Positions 26,565 through 38,520 of a stretch of DNA of 64,000 nucleotides are shown here, in pieces. The stretch's first letter is position 1, and every line of letters starts with the position of its first letter. The translations under genes were made by a program, and so were the position numbers. The DNA is from Octopus sinensis (Eukaryota): positions 20,708,001 through 20,772,000 of the forward strand of contig NC_042997.1 in NCBI RefSeq assembly GCF_006345805.1, in the 5' to 3' direction. The notes under the pieces were generated by a model. That model worked only from the letters and a program-made list of their open reading frames with translations. It was not told where the DNA came from and searched no databases.

Positions 26565-26880
26565 GTGTGTTTGTGTTCGTCCCACCAACATCACTTGACA
26601 ACCGATGCTGGTGTGTTTACATCCCCGTAACTTAGCGGTTCGGCAAAAGAGACCAATAGAATAAGTACTAGGCTTACAAAGAATAAGTCCTGGGGTCGAT
26701 TTGCTCAACTAAAGGTGGTGCTCCAGCATGGCTCTGTGGTAAGAAACTTGCTTCCAAAGCACATGATCCCAGGTTCAGTTCTACTGCATGGCACCTTGTG
26801 AAAGTGTCTTCTACTATAGCCTTGGGTCGGCCAAAGCTTTGTGAGTGGATTTGGTAGGCAGAAACTGAAAGAAGGCCTTC
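26565..26880 (+). mobile_element. SINE A tail fused directly to a SINE A head (permuted order)
   Basis: …aaaggtggtgctccagcatg|gctctgtggtaagaaacttg… with the junction at about 26730; followed by (TACA)n at 26880-27020. Confidence 0.8.
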
Positions 26881-26992
26881 ACATACATACATACATACAT
26901 ACATACATACATACATACATACATACATACATACATACATACATACATACATACATACAATACATACATACATACATACATACATACATACA

Positions 26993-27040
<48 letters not shown>

Positions 27041-27049
27041 AGGAAAGGT

Positions 27050-27400
27050 CTATAGGAATTGTGTGAGAGCTGAAGTGCTGTATGGGAGTGAGAGATGCCA
27101 ATTCTGAGAAAGACTAAGAGAGCAATGGTGAGAGAAATGTGTGGCATGAGGCTGTTTGATAAGAGGACGACTGAGGACTTGTTGGGGATGCTGGAGTTGG
27201 AGGAGTCAGTGAAACAGCTGGCAAGGGCGAATGGAGTGTAGTGGTATGGGCATGTGTTAAGGAAGGATGAGGAGCATGTTCTGAAGAAGGTGCTGGTGTG
27301 TGAGGTAAATGGACAGTGAAAGCGAGGTAGACCAAGGAAAATGTGGAGAGGACAGGTGGAGGATGAGATTGGGAGGATCAGGAAAAAAACCCAGATTTAA
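27050..27400 (+). mobile_element. RTE LINE post-RT fragment
   Basis: …RAMVREMCGMRL…WYGHVLRKDEEHVLKKVL…KRGRPRKMW by manual translation. Confidence 0.8.
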
Positions 27401-27588
27401 AATGACATATATATATATATAAGGTACAAAAAGAAAATTACTCTCTCCAGACACAATAGAATATACTGAGATAAATTCCCTTATTCAAAGAAACAATGTG
27501 TCACCGGGTGTGAACTGCATCCATGATTTGTAATTATGACTCAAGCTCTCTAACCATCAGGCTGTGTATCTTCACACACACACACACA

Positions 27589-27630
<42 letters not shown>

Positions 27631-28324
27631 ATCATGCACAAACATATAATAAAATACATTTTAACTGAGACCTCATGTTTTGCTTGGTGACTTACTGAAA
27701 CAGTCAGGCTGAATAAGTTCTCAGGTTTTGACACCTTACAGGAAACGAATTTTATAATGAAATTTGACTTTACATTTCTTAAAAATGTCTCAAAAAATAA
27801 TTAATAGTTTGGAAACAAAATGTTCATCCTAGTATAGAAATGCAACCTTAATAAGTCATTTTTTAATCATGCCTGTATAAGTCATGCCTGTGTCCAGGTT
27901 ACAGTTTCAAGTGTTTATGTGAGGTTACTATTCTTTGTGTGTTTGTGAATGGCTAATTTGTCCTTTCCATGCAGCAATCATTATATGTATATAAATTAAA
28001 GCAGAAATGAAGACTGTTTGGCAAGACTTGACTAGGACATTTAATTTAGTTATATAATAAAAAGGGATACATTAGCTTTATTGTATAGCTAAATTAAATA
28101 TCCTTCTCAAGTCTTGCCTTTTCATTTCTACTTAATCTATACCTATATACCTACTGGCTCAAGAGGAAGCCACTTCTATCCACTTTAGAAAGGCAGTCAC
28201 AATATCACATGTTCAGGTGCAGTTCAAACCAGAATTTTAGTGGCATACCAATTTGAGCAACCAGAGTGCATAACTATTAGTATGAGTCACCCTGATGGAA
28301 ACTTCATATCTTTTATATATACAA

Positions 28325-28880
28325 ATCATAATCATCATTTAACGTCCGTTGTCCATGCTGGCATAGGATGGACGTTTTGATCAGGGCTGGCAAACTGGAA
28401 TGCTGCACCAGACTCCAGTCTGATTTGGCATGGTTTCTATGGCTGGATGCCCTTCCCAATGCCAACCACTCCAAGAGTGTAATGAGTGCTTTTACATGCC
28501 ACCAACACAGGTACCATTTACATGACACCGGTATCTGCCATGACTGTGATTTTGCTCAGCTTGAGGGGTCTTATTCTCAAACACGACGTAATTCCAAAGG
28601 TCTTGGTCATTGCCTCCATGAGGCCCAATGCTCGAAAGAGACTTAGCTACTTTCCCTCCATGGGGGCCAATACCCGAAAGGAACTCAGCCACTTTACCTC
28701 CGTGAGGCCCAATAGTCGAAAGGAACTCAGCCACTTTACCTCCGTGAGGCCCAATACTTGAAAGGAACTCAGCCACTTTACCTCCGTGAGGCTCAACATT
28801 CAAAAAATGTTCTTTACATGCCACTTGGCTTGACAGGTCTTCTCAAGCACAGTACATCACCAAAGATCTCGGTCACCTGT
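28325..28880 (-). mobile_element. RTE 3' end/UTR containing a 42-bp minisatellite
   Basis: Same tail as 11020-11200; 28600-28635 resembles 11735-11770. Confidence 0.75.
28613..28803. repeat. 42-bp tandem minisatellite (4 units plus a partial)
   Basis: cctcc(a/g)tg starts at 28613, 28655, 28697, 28739 and 28781; unit cctccgtgaggcccaatactcgaaaggaactcagccacttta. Confidence 0.95.
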
Positions 28881-28896
28881 CATATATATATATATA

Positions 28897-28963
<67 letters not shown>

Positions 28964-29008
28964 ATGATAAATATCAAAGTGAGTTATATACAGTAGCGGT
29001 AACACATC

Positions 29009-29178
29009 GTGACGTATTTTTGCCATTTCAATATGGGAAGGATGACTTCTCTTTGCAAATACTGACAGGACACAGATAGTGTGTCTATGGCCAGCTGGAG
29101 GAGTGTGTCCTCCTGGGGCTAAAAACTACAGTAGCATCCACCCTTAGGGGTTAGCCATATTGAAATGGCAAAAATACG

Positions 29179-29182
<4 letters not shown>
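29009..29182. mobile_element. MITE (174 bp) with perfect 28-bp terminal inverted repeats
   Basis: gtgacgtatttttgccatttcaatatgg (29009-29036) and ccatattgaaatggcaaaaatacgtcac (29155-29182). Confidence 0.85.
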
Positions 29183-29219
<37 letters not shown>

Positions 29220-29513
29220 CTATGTGCATACACACACACACATACACACATGTGCATAAACAGGCCTTCCAGCTATTTCTCTCAAGCAAATTTCACTCAC
29301 GAGGCATTAGTCAACCTAAGGCTGTGGTAGCAGATGCTCACCAAGATTGTCACTCATTGGGATCGAACTTGGAACCACATTATTTTGAAATGGAATTATT
29401 TTCAAAAAATTTTTTTTCTTTAAGTATTCCAATGATACTCGAGAGATTTGCATTTTAAGACAAGCAATCTATTTTAATCTAACTTAAAATAATAACAACA
29501 GCAACTACCATTG

Positions 29514-29544
<31 letters not shown>

Positions 29545-30404
29545 AACTACCTGTATCATACAGAGTCATATCAACAATTATGGTGTGCCATGCAGGTAAT
29601 TAGGAAAAGTCAGTCTCCAATTTTCTGGTTATCCACCTTTTGAAAGATTATGATTGGTCTGTTTTGTCATTTGAATCCGCAAATGAATTTTTTAAAGAAA
29701 AACCACAAAAATGCACAAAAATGGAAAAGAATAAAAATAACAAAATAATACTAATAAATAAATTAAAGAATTAAAGCTGTCATATTTTTGTTGATTTATG
29801 ATGTTAACATTTGTTAAGTCTAGAGGTGAGTAGGAAAATTCACGCCTTACTCATAAGAGAATAAAATAACTCTTGGTTTCATAAGATTTTCTAAGCTATT
29901 CAAAAAATCATTAGTAGTTGTGACCTATTGTATTTTAAGCTGTTTAATGACTTTTAAAACATAATTCATCACTGTTTAGTGCAGAAAATAACCTTTTTTT
30001 CCTCTTTCGTTATTTCAATTAGTTTGCTTGTTTTGAATAAATTATAAATTTTCCTAACTTAATTCATTTGATCGATTAACAAAAATAATGCCATCATAAA
30101 TCTCTTACTCATTAAGAAGACCACCACTACCAATAGCATCACTATCACCATGACCATTTAATAAGACTAATGAGATTATCAATGCTGCTGCTAATTTTGT
30201 ATATTCTGTATTATATTGCATGTGTACTTTATATGACTTTTTGTCTTGTTGCCATTGTCATTGTTTAGCCCAAGGTTAGCCATTACCAAGCAGAGTCATG
30301 ATCAAAAGCATTCTGATTATGACTACAGACATTTTTGTTAAAATAAGATGTCTAAAGCTTCTAATACCCGAAAGCATATATTTAATGTTAAGCATGCAGG
30401 TGTA

Positions 30405-30932
30405 GGAGTGGCTGTGTGGTAAGTAGTTTGCTTACGAACCACATGGTTCCGGGTTAATTCCCACTGTGTGGCACCTTGGGCAAGTGTCTTCTACTATAGC
30501 CTCGGACTGACCAAAGCCTGGTGAGTAGATTTGGTAGACGGAAACTGAAAGAAGCCCATCGTATATATGTATATATATATGTATATGTGAAGGTGCATGG
30601 ATCAGTGGTTAGAGCGTCGAGCTTACGACCGTGAGGTTGTGAGCTCGAATCCCGGACCGGGCTGCGTGTTGTGTTCTCGAGCAAGGCACTTTATTTCACG
30701 TTGCTCCAGTTCACTCAGCTGTAGAAATGAGTTGCGACGTCACTGGTGCCAAGCTGTATCGACCCTTGTCTTTCCCTTGGATAACACTGGTGGCGTGGAG
30801 AGGGGAGGCTGGTATGCATGGGCGACTGCTGGCCTTCCATAAACAACCTTGCCCGGACTTGTATCTAGGAAGGTAACTTTCTAGGTGCAATCCCATGGTC
30901 ATTCATGACCGAAGGGGGTCTTTACCCCCTTT

Positions 30933-30965
<33 letters not shown>

Positions 30966-31175
30966 ATATGTTTGTGTGTCTGTGTTTGTCCCCCCAACAT
31001 CGCTTGACAACCGATGCTGGTGTGTTTTTGCGTCCCCATAACTTAGCAGTTCAGCAAAAGATACTGATAGAGTAAGTACTAGGCTTCCAAAGAATAAGTC
31101 TTGGGGTCGATTTGCTCGACTAAAAGGCGGTGCTCCAGCATAGCCGCAGTCAAATGACTGAAACGAGTAAAAGAG
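30405..31175 (+). mobile_element. SINE family A carrying a nested younger SINE
   Basis: Head 30405-30563, tail about 30965-31175; the insertion lies in the TA tract. Confidence 0.85.
30590..30933 (+). mobile_element. Young tRNA-derived SINE (about 340 bp), CpG-rich, with 3' double stem-loop
   Basis: A-box-like tcagtggttaga, B-box-like gagctcgaatccc; ends ggtca-ttca-tgacc then aagggggt-cttt-accccctt followed by T-run. Confidence 0.8.
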
Positions 31176-31777
31176 TATAGTAGTTTAAGTTAATAGATGT
31201 AAGTTCTATCACCAGGGCAGTAAAACAATATATACATTGGTTCAGGCAGAAAGAACAAGTGGCATTATATTAAGAAGAATAACTAATAAAAGACAATCTC
31301 TGGTATGGATAATGCTGTAAAAACAATCTCATGTCATGGATTTACTAGATGTTTTGATTGGAAATGCTGAATATTACTTTAATATGACAACCAACTGGAG
31401 AAAGCTGGAAGATACAAAACTGGAATTTGTTACAACCAGCATCCCTCATGTTATGCCAACTTCAGATCATAGGATTTTAGGCTTAAAGAAATTCTAAAGA
31501 ATGGTCACTAATTTTGGGATGCATTCAGTAATTTTGATCTTATGGAAACTTGGATTAATTTTTGATAATTTAAAAACCACATTTTCTTCTTTACCAAAAG
31601 GCAGTTCCACAGCATTTCCGGTACAATCAAATTAGGTGACAATTTCAAAAATTATTATCGCAATAAACATAAATGCATGAAGCACACACACACGCATGCA
31701 TACATACAGGCCTATATATAGGTATGTATGTGTGTGTGCATGTATATATATATATATATAAATACACGTTCAAAATG

Positions 31778-31980
31778 TGACCGCGTGTGTACCGTTGGCG
31801 ATTTTTTTCCTCTGTCTTCCCTTCTCTGGATCTTTCCTTCTCCTATGTTTCCAACGAAGAGCTCTGCTCGAAACATTAAACCTTCCTTCTTTCCTTCTTT
31901 CCTGAGCGTCCAATAATACTATATTTGTTCCACGTCCTCACGTTGTTGTGTTTTTTTGTGCCTTCATGTTTGGATTAACT
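31778..31980 (+). mobile_element. Short repeat abutting (TA)n with a hammerhead-like motif (Penelope-like terminal repeat candidate)
   Basis: atgtttc-caacgaa-GAGC-tct-GCTC-GAAAC-att at 31845-31876. Confidence 0.45.
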
Positions 31981-32002
31981 ATATATATATATATATATAT
32001 AT

Positions 32003-32400
32003 GAAAGGGCATCCAGCTGTAGAAACACTGCCAGATCAGACTGGAGCCTGGTGCAGCCTCCTGCTTCCCAGACTCTGGTCGAAATGTCCAACCCATGCTA
32101 GCGTGGAAAGTGGATGTTAAACGATGATGATGTATATATATATATGTATATAAATGTATACAGTATGTATATGTGTGTGTGTGTGTGTGTGTATTTGTGT
32201 GTCTGTGTTTGTCCACCCCATCATCGCTTGACTACTGATGTTGGTGTGTTTATGTCCCCATAACTTAGCAGTTCAGCAAAAGAGACCAATAGAATAAGTA
32301 CTAGGATTACAAAAGAATAAGTCCTGGGGTTGATTTGTTTGACTAAAGGCAGTGCTCCAGCATGGCTGCAGTAAAATGACTGAAACAAACAAAGAATAAA
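32003..32400 (+). mobile_element. RTE 3' tail fragment (32003-32130) and SINE A tail (32190-32400)
   Basis: Similar to the families above. Confidence 0.75.
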
Positions 32401-32401
32401 A

Positions 32402-32461
<60 letters not shown>

Positions 32462-32468
32462 CTTTAAG

Positions 32469-33013
32469 AGACAGAATCACCCTCAAGCAACTCAATCATC
32501 AAAGAATGACATTATCCACGAAATGTACATATAGGAATAAATATTTAAAATTATTGAAATTAATATCTACAATTCTTATTCTAAATCATATACATTATAT
32601 TATATAAACTACACACACTTCATGACAACATATTCCTCAATATTGCTGAAATAGAAAGTCTCAAAATACAAGATCATAATTAAAATGATTATATTGCCAA
32701 TCTTCAGGTCTAGATTATTTTTAGTTTGTCATGTCTTTATATAGGATGTAAATAGCATAAGAAGTTCATATAATCTAGACCTGAGGATTGGCAATATAAT
32801 CGTTTTAATAGGGTATTGTATTTCGAAACTTTCTATTTCAGCAACATCGAAGAATATGTTGTCATGAAATTCATGTAGTCTATATAACGTAATGTATATG
32901 ATTTAGAATAAGAATTGTAGATATCAATTTTAATAATTTTTAATATTTAGTCCTATATGTACCTATCGTGGATAATTTCATTCAATGATGATTGAGTTGC
33001 TTGAGGGGGATTC

Positions 33014-33018
<5 letters not shown>
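32469..33018. repeat. Long imperfect palindrome/foldback element (250-bp arms, 51-bp spacer) between TA/TAGA microsatellites
   Basis: 32469-32718 is the reverse complement of 32770-33018 with scattered mismatches. Confidence 0.9.
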
Positions 33019-33059
<41 letters not shown>

Positions 33060-33071
33060 TGTATGTATATA

Positions 33072-33130
<59 letters not shown>

Positions 33131-33215
33131 ATATGTATGTATATAATACAGTGAGTAATCATTTTGGTACCACTAAATAGAACTTCTCTCCCCTGTGGAC
33201 TCAGAAATAACTTCA

Positions 33216-33250
<35 letters not shown>

Positions 33251-33253
<3 letters not shown>

Positions 33254-35102
33254 TAAACAGTAAAATTAAATACAGACATGGACAAGAACATGAAACACCA
33301 CAGAGACGACACAAGAACCACAGGACGGGACATTCGAAGCCCTCAGTCATCAGTCAAGAACCAGATCATCTTAGCAATTTCGGCTGATTAATCTTGAGAT
33401 TGCTCCGATATGGCCAGCCCGCCAAGGGAAATCTAAGCCAAGCGCATTAGATCCCCTGGAAGAAAGCTTCGAATGTATACAACGAAGGACGGAAAACGAT
33501 CGAAGTACACAAACAAAAATACAGAATACGTGACACCAATAAGAATACAAAAACGTAAAAACAATAACGGTAAAAATAAAAAATAACAACAAAACAAAAC
33601 CAGGACGTAGGACAAGGGTCTTTCGACAGGACGATTTGAGTAGGGGCTGGCTTGTGAAGTTGTGCCTAAAGGCCACGGGGAGACGAACAAAAACGTGTTG
33701 CTTCTGAGGCTGCTGAAAACGAAAAGAGCGCTCAACAGCGGCTAGCTGTCACGTGAGAACAAAAGACAGGGAAAGGGACAGATGAAAAGGGAGAGAAGGT
33801 GGACGAGGGAGGAGAAGAAAGAGACAGATCGGGGGGGCTGGAGGTGAGAGAGATAGAGAAACGTAGAAAGGGGGGGGGGACGGATGGAGAGGGAAAGAAC
33901 GGAAGTGGAATAAGGGAGGAGGGAGAGAGAGAGAAAAAGAGACAGATTAAGAGTCGTATCAAAGCTTGAGAAAAAAATATATACTTATCGTATAAGGACA
34001 ATGTGGATACGTAGCCGCCGATTATATAGGTAAACAGTAAAATTAAATACAGACATGGACAAGAACATGAAACACCACAGAGACGACACAAGAACCACAG
34101 GACGGGACATTCGAAGCCCTCAGTCATCAGTCAAGAACCAGATCATCTTAGCAATTTCGGCTGATTAATCTTGAGATTGCTCCGATATGGCCAGCCCGCC
34201 AAGGGAAATCTAAGCCAAGCGCATTAGATCCCCGGAAGAAAGCTTCGAATGTATACAACGAAGGACGGAAAACGATCGAAGTACACAAACAAAAATACAG
34301 AATACGTGACACCAATAAGAATACAAAAACGTAAAAACAATAACGGTAAAAAAAAAAAAATAAACAACAAAACAAAACCAGGACGTAGGACAAGGGTCTT
34401 TCGACAGGACGATTTGAGTAGGGGCTGGCTTGTGAAGTTGTGCCTAAAGGCCACGGGGAGACGAACAAAAACGTGTTGCTTCTGAGGCTGCTGAAAACGA
34501 AAAGAGCGCTCAACAGCGGCTAGCTGTCACGTGAGAACAAAAGACAGGAGAAAGGGACAGATGAAAAGGGAGAGAAGGTGGACGAGGGAGGAGAAGAAAG
34601 AGACAGATCGAGGGGGCTGGAGGTGAGAGAGATAGAGAAACGTAGAAAGGGGGGGGACGGATGGAGAGGGAAAGAACGGAAGTGGAATAAGGGAGGAGGG
34701 AGAGAGAGAGAAAAAGAGACAGATTAAGAGTCGTATCAAAGCTTGAGAAAAAAATATACTTATCGTATAAGGACAATTGTGGATACGTAGCCGCCGATTA
34801 TATAGGTAAACAGTAAAATTAAATACAGACATGGACAAGAACATGAAACACCACAGAGACGACACAAGAACCACAGGACGGGACATTCGAAGCCCTCAGT
34901 CATCAGTCAAGAACCAGATCATCTTAGCAATTTCGGCTGATTAATCTTGAGATTGCTCCGATATGGCCAGCCCGCCAAGGGAAATCTAAGCCAAGCGCAT
35001 TAGATCCCCTGGAAGAAAGCTTCGAATGTATACAACGAAGGACGGAAAACGATCGAAGTACACAAACAAAAATACAGAATACGTGACACCAATAAGAATA
35101 CA
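33251..35102. repeat. Head-to-tail array of a 777/776-bp unit (2 full copies plus a 299-bp partial), flanked by (TA)n
   Basis: aggtaaacagtaaaatt starts at 33251, 34028 and 34804; the copies differ almost only by homopolymer indels and a few substitutions. Confidence 0.95.
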
Positions 35103-35379
35103 TATATATATATATATATATATATGATAATTCATAAATTAAAAATTTATGTTGAAAGATAATTTGCAAACAATGAGAAAAATAAATGAAGATGATAATG
35201 ATGAAAATGATGATGATAAAATACACTAATTTGATAACCTTTGACTTTAGGACATTAAATTCACTTTCGTCATTCTGCCTTTAGTATCATTTTTGCAACC
35301 AGTGAAAACAAGACTAACCAATTATGTCTTAATTATTCCATTCTTTTCAAACTTGACCTAAATCACCTTCTAAGTGGCC

Positions 35380-35650
35380 TTTTCTGATCTCTTTTCTGCA
35401 TGGGTCCAGCTGTTTTCTGTGAATCTTAGGACATGTCCGGCTCAGCAGAACTTATGCTTTCAGTATTTTGAAATCACATCATTCATTCTGCTCCATTCTT
35501 GAATTATCTCATTTTGAATGCATTCTCATAATGATAATCGTAGCATGGATCTTTCTTTGGCCCCTTGCATCATAGCTTATTGATGTTATATCCTCTTCAT
35601 AGTTGCCTACATCTCACTTGTGCATTACAGAGCTGGCAGGATAGTGCTAT
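35380..35650 (-). mobile_element. Old LINE (RTE-like) post-RT remnant
   Basis: NDVISKY*KHKFC*AGHVLRFTENSWT (cf. KWRWAGHVARRTDNRWT). Confidence 0.55.
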
Positions 35651-38159
35651 TGAAGAGATAAGAATTACTATTTATTTAATCATATGACATATGCAAGAAA
35701 ATCATAATTTAAAATTTTGTTTATAAATCTCAAAAGATCTAAAGTTTATATGATGAAGAAAATATTTTTCATTTGATTATTAAGTGGTCTTATCAGTGAC
35801 TATTAATTTAATTAAAATAAAAAGAATGTATAACTTATAATTCATGTTCCTTTAATATAAACTGCTTAGTAGTAATTTTGTAATGATAACTTTCTTGTTT
35901 ATCTTTGTGAGTAAATGAAAGAAATCTTTGTAAGAGACATTAGTATGAATTAAATATTCCCATAATAACATTGTATTTACAATGTGGCAATAAGATGTTT
36001 CACGTGACCTTCTGTCCTCTCTTTTTTCTTACTATAGATGATATAGTTTGAAAAACAAAGACTTTACCAAATAAACAGGTACAAAAGATTCAATTAATTT
36101 AATTAAGTTGAAATTGATTTTTAGCTTCAATTAAAGATTTCTGTTTGTGATTCATTTCTTCAATATATATTTCCTTTACAATACCCAAAGTTGTTTTCTA
36201 ATTCTATAAATGGTATAATGTGATTGAAAGAATTTCAGGACTTGATATTTCTATAATAAACAAATTTACCAATTATTAAATATTAATCTATGCATATCTA
36301 TCTTGCTAATAATTAATATATGTATGCTTATACGTTCATATATGTGAGTTCATATATGTTTATGAGAGTGTATGTTTATGTGTGAGTGTTTGTAGGTGGG
36401 TTTCTACATACATAATACAAAAATACACACACATGCATACATACATGCATGCATACATAGATAATATGTACATAGTACATAATGCATACATACATACACA
36501 CATGCTAACATACATGCATAAAACATACATGATTATACACTCACAGATACATCCATATTCAAAACAAGTGACCCAAATTTCTCACATGTAGCCAGTTGTT
36601 CATTCAGCAAAGTACATAAATGCAAGCAATTTAGAATTGTGAAAGAGAACAGCATTAGTTCTAAATGAACAACCAAACTCTGCTACATATATTTAGAACT
36701 TTTGCTTCTTACTGTATAACTACAACCCCTTGTACACATATGAATTCATTGCTACTCGCAATAAATTTTGTGCAGATCTGTAAAAGTGGCCAGTTCTATC
36801 CTGAATGTGTGTACATTTTTTCATAAAGTAGTGCTCACTGTGTATGATCAGCAACCAGAATAACGTAGTGAATCTTGACAAAGCATGAATGCAAGTCTTA
36901 TAAATTAGTTTAATTAAAGTTTAATGAAATTTTTATATCTGATTATTATCCCTAAGGTACTGAGAATTTTGTTTGATTATGGGGGGGGGGGGGGTATTCT
37001 ATTTTTTCTGAGAGAATACATGTATAAATATATTTTTTTAAATTTTATTATTTCAGTGAGCATGGAAGGTTACCTATGACTCTACTACCCATACATTTTA
37101 GCTGATAAAATTTTATTCATGCCCTTTGTCTCTGTAGCCTCTACACAGTTCTGGTGTGGGTTTGTGACTTTTGGAAGTCATTAAGATTTGCAAATCCATT
37201 TTAATACCAACTGACTTCATCACCATTTTTTTAATGCTCTGCTTTGACTACATGCCCATAATGTAATACAAAAGTGATGATTAGGTGAAGATCTTTGTTG
37301 TTTTCAGTGTCTTTTATTTGACCCATGTACTGGGATATATAAATGCATATTCGGGAGTGTGTCTGACAGTTTGAGAAGTCCCTTTATGAAATAAATGAAC
37401 AAATAACTTGTCCCCTAAAAGTATCAAAAATTAGTACCACTCCATCATCATATAGTGAGCTAGAAATAATAATTGCAGATGAAAAATCTACAAACAAGTG
37501 CAACATAAAAGGGAAAACATGACTCAAACAATAGGTGATGAGGGACAATTTCTTTGAAACCACATTGATACTCCACTTCAGGAAAATAAAGAAGAAAATG
37601 AAAAGGATAAAAAAGAATGAATAAGCTTTGCCCTTCAAAAATCAAACAAATAATTAATAGACAAAATTGTGCATCTGTAATGTGATGGACTATTTGAAGA
37701 ATTTAGAATAACAAGAAAACAATTAACTTCAGAATATAAAACATAGATTTTGTAAAAAAGATTATCAGTAAAAATAAACTAAGGCATAACAACAAACTTA
37801 AAAGAGAATGCTGCAAAGGCCCTAGAGATTTCCAACACCATGTGTCTCAAAGAAATTGCTTACTGGTGATATTGGCTTCACTTTTATGGAAATTTAGAAA
37901 TGGTGAGTAGAAAGGAAAATGGAGTGTTAGACACAACCTAGCCAATAGTATTTTATATTTTATTTCCTTTTAATAATAAGTATAGCGTGTTTTATTGTAC
38001 ATACTTTCAAAAGGTTAAAACACCCACTCATATTCTATATCTTTTACTTCTCTCTTTCATAATTATAAACTTTTAAGCATTCTACTTCTTTTTTCTCCAT
38101 AACCCTTTGTGAATATTTCATGTTTATTTGTATCTCTTCAAGCCCTTGTAAATAAAGAA

Positions 38160-38520
38160 TAAGATTATTATTATTAAGCTAGTATATACTAATTTAATTA
38201 GCAGGGCTTTTTTATCTTGAAGTTTCACAACAAAAGCTTTCTTTATGGTTGAAGAGTATAGGATGGTACTTTTCTACAGGTCAACAAAACCAGTTTCAAT
38301 TCCAATCTCTTTCAATCTTTTGGGTAGCATTTTGGGTACCGTGCCAATTGCACCAATTACCATAGGAATGATTGTTGCCTTAGTCTTCCACAGTCCCTTC
38401 AGCTCTCTGGTTAAATTCTGATAATCCTCATTCTTTTCAATTTTTTTTGTATCAACTCTGCTATCACAAGGAATTCAAAATCTTTGATCTTAGAGTTAGT
38501 TTATTTTGTCCTCTATAATC
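38160..38520 (-). mobile_element. R4/Dong 3' fragment, same subfamily as 1100-1750
   Basis: The minus strand gives YQNLTRELKGLWKTKATIIPMVIGAIGTVPK and the same 3' UTR (…caagataaaa…ctgctaattaaa…tactagcttaataataat). Confidence 0.75.

Noticed and set aside
28613-28803. CRISPR-like regular repeat
   Set aside because: The units are contiguous with no unique spacers, derive from RTE sequence, and sit in a eukaryotic context with no cas genes. The CCGUGA…GAAA resemblance to a hammerhead lacks the G5-A6 core.
30590-30665. tRNA gene (also the heads at 12860, 15148 and 46500)
   Set aside because: A/B boxes are present, but each head continues into SINE body and tail, and I could not fold a proper cloverleaf; these are SINE heads.
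33371-35226. ORFs of 76-131 aa within the 777-bp array
   Set aside because: They are low-complexity and frameshifted between near-identical copies, and show no RT, GIY-YIG, gag or tyrosine-recombinase motifs. A TRIM interpretation was also considered, but there is no canonical TG…CA LTR pair, PBS or PPT that I can support.
37384-37645. Minus-strand exon-like ORFs
   Set aside because: The plus strand shows an old stop-interrupted reading frame; splice signals are unconvincing and no homology is recognised.
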